In this document: piece by piece, positions 1-9,941 of the stretch
How positions within the stretch are numbered: the stretch's first letter is position 1
Layout: each line of letters opens with the position of its first letter
Origin: Methanobacteriota archaeon
GTDB taxonomy: Archaea; Thermoplasmatota; E2; DHVEG-1
Direction of reading: 5' to 3'
Assembly: GCA_963769885.1 (NCBI GenBank)
Contig: CAVYNH010000006.1
Span: forward strand, 1-64,000
DNA length: 64,000 nucleotides
The notes under the pieces: model-generated
Database searches by the model: none
Told to the model about the DNA's origin: nothing
What the model saw: only the letters and a program-made list of their open reading frames with translations
Position numbers and translations under genes: made by a program

Positions 1-665
1 TCAAAAAGAAGCATTGTCCTCGTTCTAAGTAAACAGAATAGAAACGAAGAGGCCATTCAAGTCATGGAGGAAGCGATTCAGGCCAAGTCGAAGAATGCGG
101 AACTCTACTTAATCCTGTCAGCCCTCTTTGAAAAAGAGAATCACTTGCAAAGGGCTTTAGCCACTCTTCAAAAAGGGCTTGATCAGAACAAAGACAGCAT
201 AGAGATCCTTTTCGGCTCGGGGCACTTTACGATAAGTTGGGAGATTTTGAAAAAATGATCGCCGAGATGAAGGAAGTTCTTCGATTGAATCCGGACTATG
301 CCGATGCCCTCAACTACCTTGGCTATTCTTATGCAGATCGAGGCATCCAACTCGAAGAGGCTCTTGAATTGGTTCAGAAGGCAATGGCCCTAAAACCCCG
401 TATGGGCTACATCACCGATAGTTTGGGTTGGGTCTATTTTAAACTGGGAGACTACGAGAGGGCTGTGACTGAACTTGAAAAGGCAAATGAATTGACTCCA
501 GATGATCCCTTCATCACCGAGCATTTAGCCGACAGCTACTTCAAGCTGAGCCGGATCGAAAAGGCCGTTGAGCTTTATAAAAAGGCTCTCAAGTTGGATC
601 CCAAGTCAGATCAGACGGAGAGGTTGAAGGATAAGATTAAGAAACTGCAAGAGGAAAAGAAGTAA
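1..665 (+). CDS. Tetratricopeptide-repeat protein, 5' partial; split by a 1-nt frameshift at the T run 209-212
   Basis: ORFs 64-258 and 237-665 are consecutive TPR helices (ALNYLGYSYAD, DSLGWVYFKLG, EHLADSY). One extra T restores ILFRLGALYDKLGDFEK. Confidence 0.8.
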
Positions 666-722
666 TCAGCAAGTCAAATTCCAAAAACCAAATCCCAAAT
701 TCCAAACGAATTCCAATTTCCC

Positions 723-913
723 AATATTGATGGTCTCGTAAAAACTCAAAAAAACGTCACTCCGGCCCCGATTTTCATCGGGATAAACTCCAGCCGCAAT
801 CCAGACGACGTCCCTGCGGAAGGGCAGGGAACCATTTAAAAACACTGGATTCCCGTTTTCGCGGGAATGACGATAATGGGGCAAATCAGACTTTTTACGA
901 GTTCATCAATATT
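723..913. mobile_element. MITE-like element with ~25-bp terminal inverted repeats and an internal ATTCCC-N8-GGGAAT palindrome
   Basis: AATATTGATGGTCTCGTAAAAACTC (723-747) matches the reverse complement of GACTTTTTACGAGTTCATCAATATT (889-913) at 22/25. Internal GGATTCCCGTTTTCGCGGGAATGAC at 847-871. Non-coding, between convergent genes. Confidence 0.6.
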
Positions 914-1012
914 CAAATAGCCAAAAAATATTTTAGCCAACCTTTTGTGAATTTTTGTCATTGAGATTTTGGTCATTATTTGATTATTGGTGCTTGGAAT
1001 TTGGTTATTTAT

Positions 1013-1252
1013 TTAGCCTCCTGCGACAGGAGGGAAAATGCTTAGAACATCCCCCTCTTCTAATATCTGATCCTTCTTCCCATGGATGCCGTTGACTAAA
1101 ATGATCTTGGGCATCTCTTCGGGTATTTTGAGTCTTGATATAATATCCTGTACGCGGATTTGACGATCAACCTCCATTTTGCAGGAAAAACGACTGCTTC
1201 CTTTTGGGAGATAATCTCTTAGCATGGCAAATAACTTTACTTCGATCTCCAT
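1013..1252 (-). CDS. MoaD/ThiS family sulfur-carrier protein
   Basis: 79 aa, ubiquitin-like pattern VKLFAML...ILVNG...LEEGDVLSIFPPVAGG with C-terminal GG. Confidence 0.9.
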   Translation of the reverse strand: MEIEVKLFAMLRDYLPKGSSRFSCKMEVDRQIRVQDIISRLKIPEEMPKIILVNGIHGKKDQILEEGDVLSIFPPVAGG

Positions 1253-1493
1253 CGAATTCCACTCCCTATTTTCTTTCCTTGAACTCCCTCTTACAAACCA
1301 TATTGTACTGTTCTTCGGTTTTCTAATTCTATTATATGCGAAATTTTTTTTCTTTTCCAGTCATGCCCTATGCCCTATTCTGCACCAAACTTTATTTTCC
1401 AATGACAAGAATAGGCAGTTCTTATCTTCCTCGAAAGAACCTCTTTTAAAACAGTTCAATTTGAAATCAATGGCTTAAGAGACTTAGGTCTCT

Positions 1494-1510
1494 TTGGCAT
1501 TGAAATTGCA
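1494..1510 (+). promoter_or_regulatory. Putative sigma-54 (-24/-12) promoter
   Basis: TTGGCATTGAAATTGCA gives GG-N10-GC spacing. No clear intact gene lies downstream. Confidence 0.4.
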
Positions 1511-1732
1511 GATTTAAAGCCAACATTGCCGACAAAGTCAAACCGCGATCAATCATGGGACAGAAAGATAAGACCCCCGTAGTCTAGAGTGAATGGTTTT
1601 CCGTTTGAGTAGAAAATCCTTAGAAGAAATAAACGAGCTCAAAAGGGAGATAGAAGTTCTTAAATGCCGACTATGCTCTGTATATTCTAGATCATGGTGA
1701 TCCATGTATTTGATGCGAGAAAGATCCTCAAC

Positions 1733-2407
1733 CTAGAGAGGGTTCTGTTCGCAGAAGCAGCCGAAGGTTCCTGTGGGACAGCAGCTTGGCAGCTCCTCAA
1801 TACGAACGCATCTTCCACAGAGTTCTGCCGGCTCTTGAACTCCTTGGCAGGGAACGATCACACCAGGACAAACATAGTCACATCCCCGACAGAGACGGCA
1901 TGTCTCTGGCCTCACCTCAAAGGGCATGCTCACTTTTCTACCCATCCCTCTTCCAACAAATCCGAGGGCCTTTCCGTCCATCTGTTCGTAACACATCCGG
2001 ATGCAGAGACCGCAGAGGATGCACCGATTATCCTCCATGGGAAATCGAACTTTTAGAAGCCCCATGCGAGCGGCAATGTCCTGGGCTATTTTCACGTTGG
2101 GAGCGCTGGCTACTAAAAGCTCAGCCAACATCTTCCTCGCACGGATAATTCGTGGGGATTGGGTCTGAATAACCATCCCCTCCCTGACCTCGTGTGTACA
2201 TGAGGTGTCAACAAAAGTCTTACCCCCTCCATCATAGCCAATCTCCACCACACAGATTCGACACCCCCCATAGGGAGTGAGATTTTCCATATAGCATACC
2301 GTAGGAATGTGTATCCCAAATTCGTGGGCGGCTTGGAGAATGGTGTTTCCCTCCTCCGCATCCAACGATCGTCCATCTATCGTAATATTGACAGTTTTTC
2401 TTTCCAT
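1733..2407 (-). CDS. 2Fe-2S/4Fe-4S subunit resembling the N-terminus of NuoG/HydA/FdhA
   Basis: IPTVC...GGCRICVVE...SC 2Fe-2S motif; CILCGLCIRMC and CRLCRGCDYVCP 4Fe-4S motifs. Confidence 0.85.
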   Translation of the reverse strand: MERKTVNITIDGRSLDAEEGNTILQAAHEFGIHIPTVCYMENLTPYGGCRICVVEIGYDGGGKTFVDTSCTHEVREGMVIQTQSPRIIRARKMLAELLVASAPNVKIAQDIAARMGLLKVRFPMEDNRCILCGLCIRMCYEQMDGKALGFVGRGMGRKVSMPFEVRPETCRLCRGCDYVCPGVIVPCQGVQEPAELCGRCVRIEELPSCCPTGTFGCFCEQNPL

Positions 2408-2430
2408 CCTATGCTCCTTTACCGAATTTT

Positions 2431-2558
2431 TCCTCTCCCCAGGCGGGAGAGGATTGAGGTGAGGGGGTAAATGAGTTCGTTGTTCACCCCCACCGCGCCG
2501 TCGCCAAAGCGGCTAATGCGCGTCGGCGACCTTCCCCTTCCCCATCGAGGGGGAGGGT
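2431..2558. repeat. REP-like palindromic intergenic element
   Basis: CCTCTCCC...GGGAGAGG...GAGGTGAGGGG and CCCCTTCCCC...GGGGGAGGG stem-loops between co-oriented genes. Confidence 0.55.
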
Positions 2559-2564
2559 GTTAGT

Positions 2565-2692
2565 TTAGGGATCTACTGAGATTATCACCGCATTGGCTTT
2601 GCATACATCTTTACAGGATCCACATTTTGAACAGATCTCTGCAAGGATTAGGTGACCCTGCTTTTTCTCACCTTTCTGATCGCTTGGGCTGG
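2565..2692 (-). CDS. C-terminal fragment of a NuoF/HydB-like subunit (4Fe-4S), cut off at the sequence junction
   Basis: Minus strand reads ...GEKKQGHLILAEICSKCGSCKDVCKANAVIISVDP*, directly upstream of the NuoG-like gene. Similarity stops at ~2692. Confidence 0.7.
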
Positions 2693-2845
2693 CGTATTGG
2701 TTTCTTTGATGGATATATAGAAGTATCTGAGGAAGGTTGGTGGCATGACACTTGGTATATCTTCTTTAATGTTGAAAAGGAAATAGGTGTCGTAAGAGTA
2801 GAAGTTTAGTTATTTTGAATATTTAAAATCGTGAGAAAAAAAGAT

Positions 2846-2866
2846 GCAGGAGGAGAGATTTGAACT
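2846..2866 (-). repeat. Degenerate copy of the tRNA-Ser 3' end
   Basis: GCAGGAGGAGAGATTTGAACT compared with tRNA GCTGGGGAGGAGATTTGAACT (2890-2910). Confidence 0.6.
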
Positions 2867-2888
2867 ACAGTAAACTTGTAAAAAATTA

Positions 2889-2976
2889 CGCTGGGGAGGA
2901 GATTTGAACTCCTGCGGCCAACGAGGACCAATAGCTCTCGAGGCTATCGCTTTGAACCGGGCTTAGCTACCCCAGC
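2889..2976 (-). tRNA. tRNA-Ser(CGA)
   Basis: Acceptor GCTGGGG/CCCCAGC-G, anticodon stem ATAGC-CTCGAGA-GCTAT, long variable arm, T-arm AGGAG-TTCAAAT-CTCCT. No encoded CCA. Confidence 0.95.
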
Positions 2977-3053
2977 ATCGGTATGTGGCCCTTCTCTGGT
3001 AGGGGGTCAAAAGTTTAATCTAAGACTTTTTTATATCCGTATCGGTCGACCCT

Positions 3054-3260
3054 ATGAAGGTATCCGTGGTGATCCTGCCGGAGAAGACGGTGCGTCAGGT
3101 TAATATCCAGCCGGGCTGTACGGTGGAGGATGTGCTGCGGATGCTATCGTTCCTGCCGGACTCGTACGTGGTCCTGCGCGGGTCAAGGCCGGTGCCGGTC
3201 GACGACGTCCTGGATACCGACGTTGAATTGACGGCGGTACGGGTCGCCTCCGGCGGCTAA
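3054..3260 (+). CDS. SAMP/MoaD/ThiS-like ubiquitin-fold protein
   Basis: 68 aa ending VRVASGG. A TATA-like TTTTATAT lies ~20 nt upstream. Confidence 0.85.
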   Translation: MKVSVVILPEKTVRQVNIQPGCTVEDVLRMLSFLPDSYVVLRGSRPVPVDDVLDTDVELTAVRVASGG

Positions 3261-3273
3261 AGAAATTTGTGTT

Positions 3274-3346
3274 GCTCCCGTGGTGTAGTGGCCAATCATA
3301 AAGCCCTCTCGAGGCTTTGACTCGGGTTCAAATCCCGACGGGAGCA
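3274..3346 (+). tRNA. tRNA-Glu(CTC); anchor of the cassette array
   Basis: Acceptor GCTCCCG/CGGGAGC-A, anticodon stem AAGCC-CTCTCGA-GGCTT, T-arm TCGGG-TTCAAAT-CCCGA. No encoded CCA. Confidence 0.95.
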
Positions 3347-3518
3347 TTCCGATAATTAGCACGATTAGAGTATTTTCTAGATCTTCTCCCATTAATATAC
3401 CTGCCAATTATTAGCGCGTAATGGGAGATTTTGATGCCTTTTAACGGTAAAGGAAGGGGGCACTGCTGAGGGTTTATAAAGCATAAAATGTTTTAAACTA
3501 GTGATTTGGGGATCATGT

Positions 3519-3944
3519 ATGAAAGCCATAATAAGACAAGTCGAAGGGTGTTCTTTTATTGGCAAAGCGGATAGTAACCATTGGATTAATATTGACGCAC
3601 CGAAAGAATCTTTTGGTTCGGATGCCGCTGCTCATCCAATGGAGTTAATATTGATTGCTCTTGGCTGTTGTTCTGGATGCGATGTCGTCTCGATTTTAAA
3701 GAAAAAACAAATACAATTAAAAGGATTTGAAATCCATGTTGACGCTGAGCGATCAGAAACTTATCCAAAGGTGTTTACAAAGATACATCTAGAATACGTG
3801 TTTTATAGCCAAAAGATTGACCCAATACATGTAGAACGGGCGATTGCATTATCACAGGAGAAATATTGTTCTGTATTTGCTATGTTGAAATCATCAGTAT
3901 CTATCACCACATCTTATAAGATAACGAATGAAGTAAGTAAATGA
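3519..3944 (+). CDS. OsmC/YhfA family protein (cassette 1)
   Basis: PMELILIALGCCSGCDV...AIALSQEKYCSVFAML. Confidence 0.85.
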   Translation: MKAIIRQVEGCSFIGKADSNHWINIDAPKESFGSDAAAHPMELILIALGCCSGCDVVSILKKKQIQLKGFEIHVDAERSETYPKVFTKIHLEYVFYSQKIDPIHVERAIALSQEKYCSVFAMLKSSVSITTSYKITNEVSK

Positions 3945-4049
3945 ACAACATTTTAACTCCGAAAATCAATTCTTAAAGACTTTTTTTGGTAATGCTTAAA
4001 TAAATTCCCCAATTGTAGTTCGAGATACCACAATCAAATTGAGGAGAGC

Positions 4050-6470
4050 ACGACGAAAAACAAAACCACATCCGACTATAAAACAATCTCCATTGAAGAA
4101 ACGATTGAACTACTGAAAACATCTATAAATGGACTAACGGAATCCGAGGCAAAACATCGCCTTGAAACATTTGGGTATAATAAGATAAAGGAAGAAAAAC
4201 GGCATCCTTTAATTGATTTTTTTTCCCGGTACTGGGGACCCATGCCCTGGCTATTAGAAATAGCAATCATTCTATCATATTTCCTCGATCATTATCTGGA
4301 AGCAGTAATCATTTTCATTTTACTCACGGTAAACGTCATCATTGGTTTTATCCATGCACACCATTCTCAAAAAGTCCTTGATTTATTAAAAAAACGATTA
4401 GCAGTCAAAGCAAAGCTACAGCGCGATGGAGCCTGGATAATAAAAAACGCACAGGAGATTGTCCCAGGCGATATCTTTGTACTGGAACTTGGGGACCTGG
4501 TGCCTGTTGATGCCAAGATCATAAAAGGAGAGATTTCTGTTGATCAATCAGCATTAACCGGCGAATCCTTACCCATTGATGCCCATCGGTCAGATATCAT
4601 CTACTCCAGTACTCTGGTAACACGAGGAGAAGCATTCTGCGTAGCGGTGAATACCGGGGTAAATACCTCATTTGGTCGAACCGCTGAGTTGCTACAAGCA
4701 GCCAAACCGAAATCCCATCAAGAAAAAATCATCATGACTATTACAAAATATATGATGTATTTCGGGATGGCGGCGTTGATCGCAGTTGCAATTTTTGCAT
4801 TGTTCGCAGGAATCACGTATATTTCGATTCTCACGTTCGTCGTGATCTTTCTTATGGGCGCGATTCCTGTGTCTCTTCCAGCGGTTATCACCATTGTCCA
4901 ATCCGTAGGTGCGATGGAACTTGCCAAGGAAGATGTGCTCGTAACGCGGCTTGATTCCATTGAGGATGCAGCGTCGATTGATGTGCTCTGTCTCGATAAA
5001 ACAGGTACCATTACCCAAAACAAACTATCGGTCACCGACATCATCCCATTTACAGGGTATACAAAAGAGGATGTTGCGCTGTTCGCGCGGTTAGCATCGC
5101 TCAAAGCAAGTAAAGAATTGATCGACACTGCGATCATCGATTATACAGTGTCTCTAGGATTTGATGTTACTCCTTATAAAAAGATCCATTTCACTCCATT
5201 CGACCCATCGATTAAAAGAACAGAGGCACTTATCGAGAAAGACAACAGACGCTTCACAGTAATGAAAGGATCACCACAAGTAATACTCAATCTGTGCAAA
5301 GAATTAGATGAAAAAAATCGAAAAAATGTTGATACCTCAATTGAAGACCTATCAAAGAAAGGATACAGGACGCTTGCGGTAGCCCGATCCACCGACGATA
5401 ACATAGACCACCTTCAGTTCTTAGGATTAGTCGCATTAGCTGACCCCATACGACCAGATTCCAGGAATATGATCGAAGCAGTAAAACAACTTGGAATCAA
5501 ACCTCTGATGTTGACTGGCGATAACATCAATATTGCCAAAGAAATTGCGCAGCAAGCATCGATTGGGAGTAAGATTATTCGCATGAATGATCTCAAAGAT
5601 TTAGGTGAAGAAGAGAAAATAAAAATTTGTGAAGAATATGACGGGTTCGCTGAAATATATCCAGAGGACAAATACAAGATTGTCACATTGCTACAATCAT
5701 GCGGTCATACGGTTGGCATGACAGGCGACGGAGTTAATGACGCGCCCGCGCTCAAACAGGCAGAGATGGGGATAGCAGTCAGCAATTCAACCGATGTCGC
5801 AAAAGGAGCAGCAAGCGTCGTGCTGGAAGAACCCGGACTTGGAGTAATCGCTGATGCAATACGGATAAGCAGGAAAACCTATCAACGAATGCTGACGTGG
5901 GTCATCAACAAAGTCACCAAAACAATTGAGTTTATCGTTCTATTGACGATAGGGTTCTTCTGGCTTCATAATCTTATCATCACGCTTTTAGGTATGGCAC
6001 TTCTCTTGGTCGCCAATGATTTTGCAACAATATCACTGGCAACCGATAATGTGAAAGACACACGTACTCCAGACACATGGAACATCAAGAATATTACCTT
6101 AGCCTCACTTGTTATAGCTATATTGTTAGTGATTCAAGGCGCAATCACTATATATCTGGGGGAAACCTATTTCAATCTGATTTGGGTGCAACTGACGACG
6201 TTTGTCACTTTGACGCTCGTTTTTCATAGTTTGTTGAGAGTGTCTATCGTGCGAGAACGGAGACATTTCTGGTCTTCACGACCTGGAAACGGATTAATGA
6301 TTTCAATCGTAGTAACCATTACAGCATTCACATTATTGGGCATCTATGGTGTTATTATGCCACCGATTACTCTTGGCCAAGTGGTCTTTACGTTAGGATT
6401 CTCAGCGCTCTTCATCTTCGTCTTTGTAGATCCAATAAAATATTGGGCATTTAAAAAATTCTGCTTATAA
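4050..6470 (+). CDS. Plasma-membrane proton-efflux P-type ATPase (P3A-like) (cassette 1)
   Basis: TGES, DKTGT and GDGVNDAPALK motifs. The frame stays open upstream of ATG 4242 and encodes the Cation_ATPase_N segment GLTESEAKHRLETFGYN. Probable start is ACG at 4050 after GAGGAG. Confidence 0.9.
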   Translation, partial: TTKNKTTSDYKTISIEETIELLKTSINGLTESEAKHRLETFGYNKIKEEKRHPLIDFFSRYWGPMPWLLEIAIILSYFLDHYLEAVIIFILLTVNVIIGFIHAHHSQKVLDLLKKRLAVKAKLQRDGAWIIKNAQEIVPGDIFVLELGDLVPVDAKIIKGEISVDQSALTGESLPIDAHRSDIIYSSTLVTRGEAFCVAVNTGVNTSFGRTAELLQAAKPKSHQEKIIMTITKYMMYFGMAALIAVAIFALFAGITYISILTFVVIFLMGAIPVSLPAVITIVQSVGAMELAKEDVLVTRLDSIEDAASIDVLCLDKTGTITQNKLSVTDIIPFTGYTKEDVALFARLASLKASKELIDTAIIDYTVSLGFDVTPYKKIHFTPFDPSIKRTEALIEKDNRRFTVMKGSPQVILNLCKELDEKNRKNVDTSIEDLSKKGYRTLAVARSTDDNIDHLQFLGLVALADPIRPDSRNMIEAVKQLGIKPLMLTGDNINIAKEIAQQASIGSKIIRMNDLKDLGEEEKIKICEEYDGFAEIYPEDKYKIVTLLQSCGHTVGMTGDGVNDAPALKQAEMGIAVSNSTDVAKGAASVVLEEPGLGVIADAIRISRKTYQRMLTWVINKVTKTIEFIVLLTIGFFWLHNLIITLLGMALLLVANDFATISLATDNVKDTRTPDTWNIKNITLASLVIAILLVIQGAITIYLGETYFNLIWVQLTTFVTLTLVFHSLLRVSIVRERRHFWSSRPGNGLMISIVVTITAFTLLGIYGVIMPPITLGQVVFTLGFSALFIFVFVDPIKYWAFKKFCL

Positions 6471-6546
6471 AAAGTAGCCGATTTATTCGGAGGGCCTATT
6501 TATTCAACTCAAGTCATGTATTGAGGGATTTATAGCCGTGAGTCTT

Positions 6547-6562
6547 AAATCCCGAGGGAGCA
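6547..6562 (+). repeat. att-like repeat R1 (tRNA-Glu 3' end, 1-nt deletion)
   Basis: AAATCCCGA-GGGAGCA; the downstream ~36 nt also resemble the sequence after the tRNA. Confidence 0.85.
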
Positions 6563-6746
6563 TGCCAATAATTAGCATGGTTTGAGTATCTTCTACATTT
6601 CCCCGGTTCTGAAAGACTGTGATCGACAAACTTGATGGTATTATCGGAGATGTTGACATTTTGATTATTGTAAATACTATAGGGTGCATGTAAAAGAAAA
6701 TTAAATATTCTCCTATAACATTCTCATAATAAGATTTTTCAGGCTT

Positions 6747-7703
6747 ATGAAAAAAATAGCAATATTAACACGAGATTGCGCGGGTGTAAACGCAGCCATA
6801 CGAGCCGTGGTACGAACAGCATGCGGGTACCGCATCGAAGTCATTGGGGTGTTAAAAGGCTACGATGGTTTGATTGATGGGAATTTCATTACACTCAACC
6901 GTGGTTCAGTGTCAGGGATTATTAATTTAGGGGGAACGATCCTTAAAACTTCTCGCTCGAAGAGATTTATCACTGATGCAGGTCAAAAACAAGCAGTCAA
7001 CAACATCAAGGAACAGAAAATAGAAGGAATCATTGTAATCGGGGGGAATGGCTCTTTAACAGGTGCGCACATCCTTGCAACGAAATATGGAATCCCTGTT
7101 GTTGGTATCCCAGCGACAATTGATAATGATATCACTGGTGTTGACCTATCGATTGGTGCCGATACCGCGGTCAATGTTGCGTTAGACGCGGTAGATAAAA
7201 TCCGGGACACTGCAACGAGTTTGGAACGAATTTTCATTGTAGAAGTTATGGGTCATGAAAGCGGCTACATAGCTATGCAGGTTGCTTTAGCTGGAGGCTG
7301 TGAGGAAGTATTGCTTCCTGAAAAAGAATTCACTATCGAATCGATGTGCACAGAGATACAACAAGGGAATGCGAAAGGAAAATCAAGCTGGATTATTATT
7401 GTTGCCGAGGGAAGGGCTAAGGCTCATGATGTCGCTCGTTTTATTACCCAAAAAACAAAACTTGAGACGAGGGTTGCTGTGTTAGGACACATTCAGCGGG
7501 GAGGACATCCAACCGCTGTTGATAGAATTCTTGCGTCTCAGCTTGGAAACCAAGCGGTTGAGGTTTTACGAAACGGTCAAACTGATCTTTGTGTGAGTTT
7601 GAAAAATGATAAATTAATCACCATTCCTCTGTCCGTGGTATTTCAGCCGAAAAAAATCGATGTATCAGAGACCTATAAATTGATAAAACTTCTTACAAAG
7701 TAA
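6747..7703 (+). CDS. pfkA: ATP-dependent 6-phosphofructokinase (cassette 2)
   Basis: GGTILKTSR, GGNGS, PATIDNDI, EVMG, LGHIQRGG. Confidence 0.9.
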   Translation: MKKIAILTRDCAGVNAAIRAVVRTACGYRIEVIGVLKGYDGLIDGNFITLNRGSVSGIINLGGTILKTSRSKRFITDAGQKQAVNNIKEQKIEGIIVIGGNGSLTGAHILATKYGIPVVGIPATIDNDITGVDLSIGADTAVNVALDAVDKIRDTATSLERIFIVEVMGHESGYIAMQVALAGGCEEVLLPEKEFTIESMCTEIQQGNAKGKSSWIIIVAEGRAKAHDVARFITQKTKLETRVAVLGHIQRGGHPTAVDRILASQLGNQAVEVLRNGQTDLCVSLKNDKLITIPLSVVFQPKKIDVSETYKLIKLLTK

Positions 7704-7776
7704 GAAAAATTTGATTCTATACGAAATTGTATTTATGTAAACGTCCATAATCTGAATTGAAAACGAGGAACATAGA

Positions 7777-9930
7777 ATGCCAAGTATTAAGAGTCCATTA
7801 TCGGAGATTCCTGAGAGAATTTCCGGTCTTTCAGAATTAGCGTATAACTCCTGGTGGAGTTGGCATCCGGAAGCACGAATGTTGTTCAAAATGATTGATA
7901 GAGCTTCATGGAAATTAAGTGTTCACAATCCTGTTAAAATGCTGCTTTCTATCGATAATACCATATTGAAGAATATGGTGAAAGACCAAAAGTTTTTACG
8001 GCAATATGATGCGGTTATTGCGCGCTTTCATGAAGAGATGAAAACAAACACAGGCTGGTTTCTTGAAAATATTACACGGCGGGATGATTTGTCACTTGCG
8101 TTTTTTTCTGCGGAATATGGTCTTCATCATTCCCTTCCACTTTATGCGGGAGGGCTTGGGTTTCTCGCTGGAGATCTGCTCAAAGAAAGTAGCGACCTTG
8201 GAATCCCTGTCGTTGCTGTAGGATTTATGTATCCCGAAGGGTACGTTCAACAACGAATCAGCTCCGACGGATGGCAACAAGACGATAATGAGCCTATCGA
8301 TAGAGAATCTGCTCCCATCACCCGTGTATATGATACGAAAGGAAAATATCGGGTAATCAGAGTTCCTTTTTTTGAGCCTGCTCTCAACGTGGGATTCTGG
8401 AAGGTTCAGGTGGGTCGTGTTGAACTCTATCTCATGGACACCGATATCAGTGAGAACGATCCATGGAACCGAGGAATCACCTCGCATTTGTACATCGGTA
8501 GCCCTGAACAACGCCTTCGTCAGGAAATTGTCCTTGGCATCGGTGGCGCTGAAGTACTTCGACAAATGGGAAAGAGGCATTCAGTGCTTCATTTAAATGA
8601 AGGACATACCGTGTTTGCTATCTTAGAACGAATCCGTGAGAAAGTTACAACTGGCATGAGTTTCAATGAAGCATTCGAACAGACACGCCAAACAACGATT
8701 TTTACCACACATACACCAGTTCCCGCAGGAAACGATATTATTCCGTTCTCTCTTGTAGAAAAGTATTTTTCAGGGTATTGGCCTGCCCTTGGTTTAGATC
8801 GAGGTTCTTTTCTCGCATTAGGTATTGACCCAAAGGATCCAAACGCAGGATTCAATATGACTGCTTTTGGGTTAAAAGGATCACGCTACCATAATGGCGT
8901 CAGTACACGCCATGGGGTCGTAGCTCGAAAGATGTGGCATTCGTTGTGGCCAGAGGTACCAGAACAAAAGGTCCCTATTGATTCAATTACCAATGGAATC
9001 CATGTTCCGACATGGATCGAACCAAAAATGCAGCTCCTTTTCGATAAATATCTTGGGCCAGATTGGATCTCAAAGCATGAGGACCCTGAGATTTGGAGGC
9101 ATATTGACGATATACCAGACGAGGAACTCTGGCAGACCCATTATTGGCTTAAAACAAAATTGGTGATACGCATCATGGATCGCGCGCGTCAGCGGATGGA
9201 TGAACACCCAGACCCAAAGATTATTCTCGCATCAGGTGTGTTACTAGACCCGAATGTGTTGACTATTGGTTTTGCCCGCAGATTTGCGACCTATAAACGA
9301 GCGACCTTGATTTTCCAGGATATCCAACGTCTTCAAAACATTATAAATAATCGTTGGAAACCTATTCAAATCATTTTCGCAGGAAAAGCACATCCAGCGG
9401 ATGACCAAGGTAAACGACTCATACAACAGGTGTTCAACATTGCAAAAGATGCTGCCTTTGGTGGACGAATTGCATTTGTTGAAGATTACGACGAAAACTT
9501 AGCCCAATATTTAACCCATGGTGTTGATGTTTGGTTGAATAATCCTCAACCTCCCTACGAGGCATGTGGGACGAGCGGGATGAAAGCCTCATTGAATGGC
9601 GTTCCGAATCTGAGTATTCTTGATGGGTGGTGGATTGAGGGATATAACGGTAAAAACGGATGGTCATTTGGGGATAAAGAGGGAAATCGAAGCGATAGCG
9701 AAGATGCGTCTGCTATCTATGAACTCCTTGAAAAAAGAGTCATTCCACTGTACTACGATGTTGATGATGATGGCTTTCCTGATAAATGGGTTAAATTAAT
9801 GAAGGAAACGATAAAAAGCACTGCAGCACCCTTTAGCTCACGCAGAATGATGAAAGAATATGCCATAAAATTTTACCAGCCTGCGTTACAATTTGCCTCC
9901 GACATTCAAGTAGATAAAAAAAACACTTAA
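7777..9930 (+). CDS. glgP: Alpha-glucan (glycogen/maltodextrin) phosphorylase (cassette 2)
   Basis: YAGGLGFLAGD, HLNEGH, FARRFATYKR and the PLP-lysine motif EACGTSGMK. Confidence 0.95.
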   Translation: MPSIKSPLSEIPERISGLSELAYNSWWSWHPEARMLFKMIDRASWKLSVHNPVKMLLSIDNTILKNMVKDQKFLRQYDAVIARFHEEMKTNTGWFLENITRRDDLSLAFFSAEYGLHHSLPLYAGGLGFLAGDLLKESSDLGIPVVAVGFMYPEGYVQQRISSDGWQQDDNEPIDRESAPITRVYDTKGKYRVIRVPFFEPALNVGFWKVQVGRVELYLMDTDISENDPWNRGITSHLYIGSPEQRLRQEIVLGIGGAEVLRQMGKRHSVLHLNEGHTVFAILERIREKVTTGMSFNEAFEQTRQTTIFTTHTPVPAGNDIIPFSLVEKYFSGYWPALGLDRGSFLALGIDPKDPNAGFNMTAFGLKGSRYHNGVSTRHGVVARKMWHSLWPEVPEQKVPIDSITNGIHVPTWIEPKMQLLFDKYLGPDWISKHEDPEIWRHIDDIPDEELWQTHYWLKTKLVIRIMDRARQRMDEHPDPKIILASGVLLDPNVLTIGFARRFATYKRATLIFQDIQRLQNIINNRWKPIQIIFAGKAHPADDQGKRLIQQVFNIAKDAAFGGRIAFVEDYDENLAQYLTHGVDVWLNNPQPPYEACGTSGMKASLNGVPNLSILDGWWIEGYNGKNGWSFGDKEGNRSDSEDASAIYELLEKRVIPLYYDVDDDGFPDKWVKLMKETIKSTAAPFSSRRMMKEYAIKFYQPALQFASDIQVDKKNT

Positions 9931-9941
9931 GACATCGTTTA

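Noticed and set aside
1224-1740. Small ORFs downstream of the sigma-54-like motif
   Set aside because: The frames are short or interrupted and have no recognisable motif.
3183-6689. Minus-strand ORFs 3183-3407 and 6504-6689 sharing IIGMLP
   Set aside because: They are antisense translations of the tRNA and the family-A arm repeat, not genes.
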